From: Octopus vulgaris
Lineage: Eukaryota
NCBI GenBank assembly: GCA_951406725.2
Contig: OX597836.1
Span: forward strand, 20,956,001 to 21,020,000
Length of the DNA stretch: 64,000 nt
Reading direction: 5' to 3'
Shown: one piece after another, positions 52,541 to 64,000 of the stretch
How positions within the stretch are numbered: position 1 is the first letter of the stretch
Layout of the letters: each line of letters begins with the position of its first letter
The notes under the pieces: generated by a model
The model's database searches: none
What the model was told of the DNA's origin: nothing
The model's input: the letters and a program-made list of their open reading frames with translations, nothing else
Position numbers and translations under genes: made by a program

Positions 52541-53784
52541 AACACACAAACACACACCTTGTCACTGCTATTTTTATCTTTATGCAACTGTGAGGTAGTC
52601 ATGTATCTCCTCTATAGCAAGACATGTGCTTGTCCCTCATCATACTTCAGCCTCTCAGCACATGGCAAAATACACCCACACTCACTTGAACTCCCCCCTG
52701 CTCCATTCCTTTCATGTCTTTCACATTACTCAGTACAGGTGTCACAAAAAAGAAACAAAGAAACAAACACTCAGTGTGTTCTGTAAAGCAGTGGACATTA
52801 CAAAGGAAATCCAGTTAAAAGAAACAATGTCAATGCTGACAGTGGAGCTTGACACATTTCTTGGATATGTTGGATCCTGTCAAACCATCCAACCCATGCC
52901 AATAAGGAATTTGGACATTACATAATAGTGATGAGGATGATGATATGTGAGAGTGGAGGTGAGGCAGAATTGGTAACATACTGAGTTCTAATCCCAGCCA
53001 TGTTAGCTTTATGTTTCCTCCTTCCAAACTCAACAGAAAGAAATATCAACCAAAGTACTGGAGCCAATGTAATTGAATAAACACTTCAAAGTGATGCCCC
53101 AGAATGGCCACAGTCTTATGACTGAAACTAATAAAAGAATAGCAATCATCCCTGTAAATTTTGAAGACCTTTCAAAGAATGCTCATTACAGGTGGGGTTT
53201 TTTTTTGTGTGTGTGTTTCTTTCCTTGAAAAATACTGAAAGGCTTTATGAAAGAAATTTTTTTGTTAAGTGACTGCATTCAAGATGCATTTAACAAAGCT
53301 ACACTGAGAATCTGTGTCCCCTACTAACAATGGTAGGTCCTTACTTTCATGTTGTGTGTGTCTGTCAAGAATATCAATGAAGATGAATGGTTTCCATCCT
53401 CTATTAGAGTGAAAACTGCTAACATGAAATGATGCATGCATCTGTGATTATGTCTGCATATGCATGTGTGTATATAAAAGAACATATACATATATGCATG
53501 ATCTATGCATACATATATGTATGAACGTAAACATTTGTGCATGAGTGTATACATATAAGTGAATATACACATATATGTATTGACACATGCATATATGTAT
53601 GAATGCATGCATACATATGTATGAAATAAGCATATGCCAATGAAGACATGCATATCTATGAATGTATCTCTGGACATATACAGACATATAGGAATGAATA
53701 TACACATACGCTGATTACATACTGGGTACAAAAGATGCAGGTTCATGGCCCCCACGTGTTCTTTAACCTTTTTTCTCCTATCTC

Positions 53785-54157
53785 TTTTATTTTATTTCAG
53801 TCATTAGACTGTGGCCATGCTGGGACACCATCTTAAGGAATCTTTAGTTGAACTAACTGATCCTAATACCTATTTTCTTTTCAAGTCTGGTACTTATTCC
53901 ATCAGTCTCTTCTGCTGAACTGCAAAGTTATAAAGATGAAAACACACCAACACCAGTTGTCAAGTGGTGGTGGGAAACAAATACATACACACACATATAC
54001 GAGCTTCTTTCAGTTTCTGTCTACAAATCCACTGACAAGGCTTTGGTTGGCCTGAGCCAATAGTGGAAGACACTTGTCCAAGGCGCCACGAACTTGGAGT
54101 GAACCTGGAACAATGTGGTTGGAAAACAAACTTCTTACCACACAGCCATGCCTGCAT
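53785..54157 (-). mobile_element. SINE family A, old copy
   Basis: Colinear blocks. Confidence 0.8.
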
Positions 54158-54390
54158 CTCCACAAAAGATTTTTTTTTTTAATTCATTATAATTATTACA
54201 TATAATTGTTAACAGTTGTATCTGCTTCAAGACTTGTCCTTACAATGTTTTATATACATATATACATGTACAAATATGTATGGCTGTATATGTGTACATT
54301 TACATGTATATGCATCCTGATAAAAAAAAAAAGACAGAGAGCTATATATACACCATTATGTTACAAGTGTGTAGAGCCTAATGTATGAGG

Positions 54391-54596
54391 TTTTGGATAG
54401 AAAATTCACAAAAAAGTCACTTCTATTGACTTTTTAATGGCTTTGCGGGGTGACTGGGGAAATGTAAAGATGTGCACGACCACCCTTGGACAGTTTTGAA
54501 TGACCATAGAAAGCGCGAGCCCTCTAACTGAAAAATTGTGGATTTGTATAAAGGACACACACACAGATAGACATTTTGCCGTTTATATATATAGAG
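54391..54596 (-). mobile_element. Helitron-like 5' end fragment
   Basis: Minus strand begins (a)TCtctatatatataaacggc followed by a short microsatellite, typical of non-autonomous Helitron starts. Confidence 0.55.
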
Positions 54597-54677
54597 ATTA
54601 TGTTACAAGTGTGTAGAGCCTAATGTATGAGGGGATGCTAAACTATTTTAATCACCCCAAAATTACAGTCATATCTA

Positions 54678-55030
54678 TAGGCACAGACATGATTGTACGG
54701 TTGAGAAACTTGCTCCCCAACCATGTGGTCTTCGGTTCAACCCCACTGTGCAGCACTTTGTCTTCTACTAGAGCCTTAGGTCAACCTAAGTTTTTTGAGT
54801 CAATTTGGTAGACAGAAACTGATATATAAACGTATGTGATGCATTTGTTCCCCACTACCACTTGACAACTGGCACTGGTTTGTTTATGTCCCACATAACC
54901 TAGAAGTTTTGCAAAACAGACTGATAAAGTACATGGCTTGAAAATAAGTACAGGGGTCGATTTGATCAACAAACCCTTCCAGGCAGTGCCCCAGCATGGC
55001 CACAGTCCAATGACCGTAACATGTAAAAGA
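54678..55030 (+). mobile_element. SINE family A, old copy
   Basis: Colinear blocks. Confidence 0.8.
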
Positions 55031-55309
55031 AAGATATCAGGAAGAATTAAACATTTTTGAAACAACGATCAAATTAACCAAATAAAGGTGAAGGAGATAA
55101 CTCAAAAAACAAGCAAGCAAATAAGCAAAAAAAAATAAAGAGAGACTATCTTGCTGGATGATAGACTTATTCAGTTAGTCTCTTGTTCAACTGGTCTCAG
55201 TAGATGCAGAAAAAGGAAACAAACACACACACACACACACACAGAGGCAGGCAAACAAACACACGAATCAGACACTAACTGCACTTAAAAATCCATATCA
55301 GTATTATAA

Positions 55310-55483
<174 letters not shown>

Positions 55484-55845
55484 CACACCCTATGCTTCTT
55501 AATCATGTGCTGTGTTTGTTATTTGTTAATAGTTTCCAATACACACCACTCTAAATTAATGTGTTGGTCAGGTCTTGTTAACACTACACTGCATATTCAC
55601 ATGCATTTAATTACTATTATTACTATTATTATTATTATTATCATCAATATTATTACTAAACCCGTACACACACACACACACAGATAGAGGCTGTTTATTT
55701 AGTACCATTGCCATTGTTCTGACCAGAAATCCTTGCATGTGAGCATAAAACAGTTAGTATCAGCAAGTATCTGATTCTGATCTTTCGCAATAGATTTACA
55801 TAACTATTGATTGATTTATCGTCTATCACCCGCATCAACACGCGT

Positions 55846-55888
<43 letters not shown>

Positions 55889-56314
55889 CACACCTGCACC
55901 TACATATAATATAGCTGCACATCAATATACATGAACAGAGAGAGACACACATACACATCTACATGAGCCAAGCCAACATCTAACATGCAGTATATGAACA
56001 CATCAGTATACATACATGCACCGACACACACACACACAAACACATGTTCCTATCAACAGACACATGGCAAGAAACAAACACGCACACATACTCTAATATA
56101 CACACAAATGTGTGTGTATGTGCACATGTCTGTCTGTGTATGTGTTTGTGAGTGTGTATGGGAAATTCTGTTAAAGAGGCATTTTTTAACCTGGTATTTT
56201 AGTTCTTAACATATTTCCTACTTAATCCTAGATATCTGGGAATAAAACTATATTATTCACATGTGCACGCGTACACACACACATACACACACACATATGC
56301 ATATATACATAGCT

Positions 56315-56636
56315 ATAGGTGCAGGCATGGCTGTATGGTTGAGAAGCTGGCTTTGGGACCCTGTGATTTCAGGTTCAGTCCCACTGCATAGCACCTCGGG
56401 TGTTTTCTACTACCCACCTGGATCAACTTATGCCTTGTGAGTGAATTTGTAGATAGAAATTATGTAGACAACCGGTGTTGGTTTGTTTACAATCCCATAA
56501 CTTAGTGCTTCAGCAAAAAAGATTGATAGGGTAAGTACGAGACTTAAAAATATGTATCAGGATCGATTTGTTTGATTGAACCCTTCAAGGCAGTGCCCCA
56601 ATATTGTTGTGGTTCTTAATGATTTAAACAAGTAAA
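56315..56636 (+). mobile_element. SINE family A, old copy
   Basis: Colinear blocks. Confidence 0.75.
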
Positions 56637-58139
56637 ATTTAAAAAATACACACACACACACACATACACACATGCATCTACACATACATATGTTTGAATT
56701 TAGAAATGAGAAGAAAAAAACACTCAGTAAAAAATAAGTAGAATATAAATATTTATTAAAGAGCTGAGATTGTTCTATGTTGCCGTTCAGAGTTTTATTT
56801 CACTGCTGATCATTGTCGTGCAAGTGAAATGATTGAAAATAGAGTGTGTGTGTGTGTGTGTGTGTGTCTGTGTGTGTGCACACACACAATCAATCCATGG
56901 ATCAATAAAACTAAACCACAGAATACTGACTTTGTTTATGACACATAAATTAATGTATATTGCTTTGGTCCAATGGTAGAACATCTGTCATGTGTACAGA
57001 ACCCATGGATTCAAATCCTATAGGCAGCCATCAACTTTTTCTATCCAAAGGATTTTTTTTTCACCCAATATTTACACACTGTTATTTACAGCATTATCTA
57101 CTTCAAGTTCCACTGTTAAAAACAAATTATTTCTTACTGTCTCAAAGTTTCTAAGTTCTTATGACATAAATTAACACATTTAATACTCTACACACTTTCA
57201 GCATAGCTGTATTGAGCATTTATCTTTTTGTACCAGAAATGAAAAACACTCTAATCACACGAGTAGGGCTTTGTAATGTTGTATCATGATGCTTACAATG
57301 ACTAGCATATTCAAGAAATGTACCAGCAACCAAATCCTATATGATACCTAGCAAAATTGCTGCAGAAACTCTCAAAATGCTTTGTCAGGTTTTTGTTATA
57401 CTTTAGGTCAAACACAGGTTTTAAACCCTTTAGCTTTCAGATTATTCTGTCAAATGTAATGTTTATTTATTCACATTATTTTGAATTAATCATGCGTTAT
57501 CTCATACCTTTGAGATTTTGATGAAGTGATGTTATATTCTTAGAATGACATTGTTGGGTAGGTATAAGAGGCCACAAACTGACAGTTTGAAATATAAAAT
57601 GGCCAGTTTAAATGCTTAGAGGATTAAATAGCATGCATGCTTCAAGGCTGATCAAGTGTCAGTTCAAAATGAAAAGCATTCAAGGTAACTGATCACTCCC
57701 AAAATAGCAGGAAGTGTGGAAAATGATGTCATGCTTAGGCTGTCTTTGAGAGAATAGAAGTATTAGCAGAAGTTAGGATAATAAAAGATGTAAGTTAAAC
57801 TAAACAAGTCTGTTCTAATTTGCATAACCGTGCAAGTACTGGCAATGCGAACAACTGATTCGCTAGCTATATATATATATATATATATACACACACATTC
57901 GATCCTTTTTCCAAGGAATCTAATGCTCTCAGCTTAGTTTTTCCTCGGGGCTGGTCAGATTGGAGCAATCTCAAGATTAATCAGCCATAATTGTGAGGAT
58001 GATCCGGTTCTTGACTGAAGATTAAAGGCTTCGAATGACCCGTCCGTGATTTCTGTATCGTCTATCTGTATGCTTTGTGTTCTTGTCCCATTTTGTATTC
58101 ATACATACATACATATATATATATATAAATAAATGAAAG

Positions 58140-58246
58140 AATGGAGTCGAACGAAGATGTTAACAAAATTCCTTTACTCTCGACACATGTTTCGGTTAAA
58201 CGAATTTTCCATGCTGACGATAAACATAGGATAATTCATTCACCTA

Positions 58247-58248
<2 letters not shown>
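58140..58248 (-). mobile_element. Penelope-like end with hammerhead 3' half only
   Basis: Minus strand: long stem II, then GAAAC-atgt-GTC-gagag; the CTGANGA box is lost at the (TA)n. Confidence 0.5.
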
Positions 58249-58311
<63 letters not shown>

Positions 58312-58486
58312 ATAAATAAGCTGCAATTCTCCTTATGGGTTTGAGGAAAATAATCATCAGATCTCTGATGAAGGAGTAAATATCAGTTTAATCACAAGTT
58401 TAGGCAAAAAAACCTGGTCTAACCACAGAATCTAATCTTCACAGTGAGGCTAAAAATATTTGTTTACTAAAAACTGTAAACTCCAA

Positions 58487-58528
<42 letters not shown>

Positions 58529-59034
58529 TTATATTTATCTAACTCATGCTAGTATGGAAAACACAGTCATTAAATGAATGTGCAAATGAACAAATATAAT
58601 GAGGAATATAGTTAATTTCAAATTTGTTTCTTTTTTTTATAATTCAAGGAAACTAACTAAATTATAAAATATATTTCATGATTTAACTAGAGAGTGGGGA
58701 GAGGGATGTGGACAGAGAGGTAGATATGGATGGAGAGAGAAAAAGAGACAGAGAAGACGCAGAAAAGTGAGATGACAAAAGAGAAATTGGTGTAAACAAA
58801 AGTGTGGATGGTGTGGGTAATAGTGGATGTGCAAGTGAATAGGAGGAGAATGAACAAGTGAATAGAAGGAGGGGAATAGGGGGATAGAAGGTGGATGAAG
58901 ATAGGGAGGAGGAGGGGGATAAGATTTAACCAATGAGAAGTAAAGTGAAAGAGCAAGTAGCTTAAAGTAAAATAGAGAGAGTAAGATTGAAAGAGGAAGA
59001 AGGTGAGAATGGGAGAGTGAGAGAATGAAGAAGG

Positions 59035-59077
<43 letters not shown>

Positions 59078-59617
59078 GTAAGTTAAAACTAAATACACCA
59101 ATAGACATCTAAAATAAGCACTAATGGATTATTGTGTTGTGTTGCCATATTGCTACCATGGCAACCACTATAATCTACAGTTCAATACTGCATGGTACTG
59201 ACACTGACTTTGTGGTAGTTCCTGTTGTTGTTTAACCCCAGGTCATCCATGAACTGAGCAGATATGTATGATCAAAGCAAGTCCAGCCATAAGCATCCCT
59301 CTTTTATTTATTTTTTTTTTTTCATTTTCATCCCAAGGTAGTGCAACCATGATGATATATTTACCAATACATTTTTCACAGTTTTAAGACAGTAAGCTGT
59401 GATTTGAGAAAGATTCAGCTGCTATTTATTGTAGCTTGATTGACCATGTGGAGCAATCATGGACAACCTTTTTTCTGAGAAGTGGGCCATAAGTGACATG
59501 GCTCATCGTCAAGTAAGCCATGCTACTAAAACAATTCAAAGTAATTTTTTGTTTAGGTGTGCCACTCAGAATGTCTCGTGGGTTGCATACAACTTGCAGG
59601 CCATATACTGCCTATGG

Positions 59618-60006
59618 CTCTTTTACTTGTTTTAGTCATTTGACTGCGGCCATGCTGGAGCACTGCCTTTAATCGAGCAACTCGACCCCAGGACTTATTC
59701 TTTTGTAAGCCCAGTACTTATTCTATCGGTCCCTTTTGCCGAATCGCTAAGTAACGGGGACATAAACACACCACCATCGGTTGTCAAGCAATGCTAGGGG
59801 GACAAACACAGACACACAAATACACACACGCATATATATACATATATACGACGGGCTTCTTTCAGTTTCCGTCTACCAACCCAGCTGACAACCGGCTTTG
59901 GCTCCCGAGGCTATAGTAGAAACACTTGCCCAAGGTGCCACACAGTGGGACTGAACCCGGAACCATGTGGTTGGTAAACAAGCTACTTACCACACAGCCA
60001 CTCCTG
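59618..60006 (-). mobile_element. SINE family A, fairly young
   Basis: Near-identical to 32615-33010. Confidence 0.93.
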
Positions 60007-62094
60007 CTGATGTTAAGATTTTTTTTAAATGTTCACCAAATAGTTTAACCCTCTAGCCTTTAAACCAGCCATATCAGGTCCAAGTATTCTACCTGTTTTA
60101 TGTTCAAACCAACCAATTCCAGCCTCTCACTACAATGTCATTGTAAAAATAATCACATCACCAAAATCTTGACACTAAAATATAATGCATGATTAATTCA
60201 AAACAATGTGAATAAATAGGTATTACACCTGAATGCTTAAATAAATGAGCATAAATAAATAAATTTTTTTATTTATTTAGTCATTTTGCTAGAACAATCA
60301 TTTTTACAGCTGAATACCCAAATTGCTAACCAGTGAACTATGAAGTAGGAACAACTTGTTCACAATCAAGCAAATTGAAGCAAACTGTACTTTGCACCAA
60401 GCCTCAACTACACACTACATGGCTGTATCAGTGTAGGATATTATTTGTAATTGCTGTTGTTGTTGATTGGTGTATAGTGAGTTGAGGACAATTTAGCTGT
60501 TATTTCTTGCAGGTTGAGTAACCATGAAGAGCAGCAAAATCATCTTCAAATTACAATTTATCCTCTCTATTAAAGGAAGGGTATATTATATAAGACTTGT
60601 TTGCATATTTGTTTAGGACAGCCACCAAAGGTGATGACAGTGTCAATCCAAGACTTTCATTCTTCTCTGCATCCAGCACATTGCTTCTCATGGGAGCAGG
60701 CGTAACTTTTATACTCTATGCACAAGGCCCAAAATTTTGGGGGAAGGGGCTAGTTGATTTGATCGACCCCCAGTAAGTAACTGATACTTAATTTATTGAC
60801 ACCAAAAGGATGAAAGCCAAACTTGACTTTGGCAGAATTTGAACTGAGAATGTAAAGACAGACAAAATACCGCCAAGCATTTTGCCTGGCGTGCTAATGA
60901 TTCTGCCAGCTTGCCGCTTTATGGAAACAGATGTAACTGACAAAACCTGATACGAGACAGGCAGATATATGGCCCTAATGGCAGTGAAAGTGACCCTAAA
61001 CAACAACCATAGGGAGTTGGGTCATGACTGGAACACATTTGATCATAGGTTTGTACAATCTGCACTGATCTGGGACTATGGTGGGAAGACTTAATGCATT
61101 GCCCAATTTAATACCACCACGTGAATGGGGTAATGTAGTCCTTCAGGTGAAAAATACAGTGAAGCAGAAAAATCTCCCACATTTTACACATCATGAATGG
61201 TGCATCTTGGAGGTTTCTCTTTGTTGCATTCTATTTGTACCAACCAAGTCCTAGTGCAGCTCTCTCCCTCCAGCTATTGTTTCTCTGGATGTACCACCAC
61301 ATCAAAGAGTGGAGGAGTCAAGAGGGTGTCTATGTTTACTTGCATCTACATAGGTACCTAAAACATTTTGAAAAAGCATGGTATATTGCCAAGCCATTTG
61401 TGGGTGGTGGCTGACTTACATACAAACACACACACTCAGCATTAGGAAGGTCATTCAGCTGTAAAAACCAGACCTGAACAGACAATGGAGCCTGGTGCTA
61501 CCCCTGGCCTTACCAGCTCCTGTCAAACCATTCAACCCATGCCACCATGGAAAATGGACATTAAATGATGATTATGATGATGACACAGAAATGCTAGGCT
61601 TCCACACAGTTCTTATTCACCAAGTTATAGGTCAATTTGAGGCTAAAGCAGAAGACACGTGCCCAAGACGCTGCATAATGAGACCACAGTGACTGCCAAA
61701 GCAAACTTCTTAACCACATAGCCATCATTGCACCATACTATTCAAAATAAATATATTTACAAGCAAAAGACATCTGCAACTGCCATTGTAAATATCTTTC
61801 ACCAATGAAGAATAGTTGTTTTCTTTTTTTTTTCTGTTTGTTTATTACAATAATGGAATTTCGTTTCAAATGTTCAGACAATTAATACCTTCTAACATCG
61901 CATTCTCCAGGTAATAAAATATATAGACAAACCAGAAATTTAAAACTAAATCATTATAATTAAATGAACATTTTTACAGACTTATAAATCAAATTATAAT
62001 TCATAAAACCTGTTGAAGTTAACAACAAAAACAACAGCAGCAGAACTGTGATGGTGATGAGATGAAGAAAGTTTGTTCAGAACGAAAATTATAT

Positions 62095-62746
62095 ATTTAT
62101 GCCCAGTGGTGAAATGATGAAGGCAATTGAACCTGAGTCTGGATATAAATACCTGGAAATACTGGCGGCAGACAGAATTAGGTATGATGATATGAAAGAA
62201 AAGATGGATGCTTGCAGTCTTCCACACTTATCCATCCCCTTCCTCCATTTGCTCTCCTCACGTATAAATGATCAATGTCTGCACATGGGTGATGGGCTCC
62301 ATGCATAGTTTCTTGTTTACCTGTCCAACTCCTTTAGCTTCAGATCATCCATGGAGACCAAATGGTTAATTTTTTCCTTACTATTTCTAGACTGGTACCC
62401 TGCTTTTGCCTTCCTTAATATTAAACTGAGAGGGGATCAAACATAAGGCAAATATTAAAGGGGATAATATGTCTCACTGAAAAATTCCTCTTTTGATATT
62501 AACTTTCCTTAAGAGTGTGTCACCTGAGTAGAAATCTACTTTCCATTTCTTCCTGCTAAAGCTAATTAATTGTTCTATGTTGTCTGCTATACTGAATATT
62601 CTCAAACATTCACTTATCCATGAGCGTGGGATCATGTCATAGGCTTTTCTATAATCTATCCATGCTAGTTTTAAGCTTTTTTTTCTTGCTTTTATTTCAT
62701 TTAGAACTGCTTTGTATTAGATCATGTGTTGTTATCATCATCATCA

Positions 62747-62823
<77 letters not shown>

Positions 62824-63325
62824 GGACAGAAATGTTATTATAGCCACTCAGGAATAAACCCATAGAACAAATCTGACAAAGGCAAAGATCAACAAAACCC
62901 AGTCAAACAGCAAGTATAGAATCACCTTTTGAGTGAGTGCAAAGCAGTTCTAAATGCAGATTATGATTGTGTAGGCAAAAGAGTTCATTACCAGAGAGTG
63001 TGGCTTCAAAACAACAGAAAAGTGGTATGAACTCAAACCTGTGGCTGTGATAGAAAATGGGAACTACAAGATCTTGTGGGACTTTCTCATAAAGACTGAT
63101 CATACTACTCAAACAAGACCAGATATGAACATAGAGGATAAAATAAATCAACAGTGTGAGATTTTGCAATTCCTTATGAGAGCAGAGTTGACATCGAATA
63201 AATTGAAAAAATTTGAGAAATATCAGTATCTAGCCAGAGAATTGAGGAGACTGTAGAAAACCAAGACAACAATTATTCCTGTAGAAATTGGTGCACTTGG
63301 TGCAATACCCAAAATCATAATTTCT
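62095..63325. mobile_element. Rearranged R4/Dong-like LINE remnant
   Basis: Plus 62099-62205 (YKYLEI region); minus about 62215-62700 (RGIFQ*DILSPL...NHLVSMDDLKL, RT core); plus 62880-63325 (KILWDF.IKTDH...RPD endonuclease). Confidence 0.8.
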
Positions 63326-64000
63326 TTTCAGGCATAATTACATTATTTGATGTGTCATTCAATTTTGTTTAGATGACAGAAAGTGCAAATGTAAGGAGCA
63401 TTTGATTGCTATTTCTAACAGGTTGAGACACTGTATAGAGACTATGAGATTGTCTCATTGAGTGGTTTAGAGTGGAGAAAGCATCGAAGGAAAAGAAATG
63501 GTAAGTTACCGTTTAATATATTGAAGGAAAATGTAAACCATGTGAAACAGGTAAACATAATCCAAGTATATTAAGCATGAAAAGAATCTTAAATCTGCTT
63601 CAGAACACATCATGAGATGTTTAGAATAGGCAAACAGGTCAAATGGACATGCCAACATATCTCTAGTCATGCCCACCTCTCTGCTCCACTATCCTCACCG
63701 CCACCGCTACCTTCAGTGGAAATCACGTAATGCAATGAATGGATTTTATAAATAAAGAGGATGCATTGAAGTGTTAAGGTGAGTAATTACCAAATAATTT
63801 ATTGGAACAGAATAAAAATGGTTTGAAGGAGAATTATTATAAGAGGCGATCAAGGGTGAAAGATTCAAAACCGTTGGAGTATTTACAGCTAAGCAATGAG
63901 ATTACAGACTAACCACCACACCATACAACAAATGGTTAGCCCACACAAGAGAATAAGGGATGAAATAAATTTGATGAAAATGAAGAAATATGAAGTATAA

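Noticed and set aside
58360-58490. CTGATGA-aggagt...actcc hammerhead start on plus
   Set aside because: No GAAA box or cleavage triplet follows.

Overview
AT-rich, CpG-depleted, repeat-dense animal genomic DNA. The SINE families and dense (TA)/(CA)/(TAA) microsatellites point to an octopus (inference). It reads as intron or intergenic sequence: no intact protein-coding gene is supportable, and the ORF track is almost all microsatellite or SINE translation. Mobile content: three tRNA-head SINE families, an RTE-type SINE, CR1-like and R4/Dong-like LINE remnants, Penelope-like remnants, a decayed hAT transposase, Tc1/mariner fragments, hAT and piggyBac MITEs, and a Helitron-like end. The most interesting signals are RNA structures in the first 20 kb. 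(1) A pri-miRNA-like hairpin at 12129-12206 with a basal UG and flanking CNNC at canonical offsets, nested in a longer G-U-rich fold-back. (2) Minimal Penelope-type hammerhead ribozymes: one near-intact (19035-19125, minus) and one split between two defective copies 1.5 kb apart (4888-4951 and 6370-6446). (3) Several other long hairpins. All structures were paired by eye and repeat boundaries are approximate.
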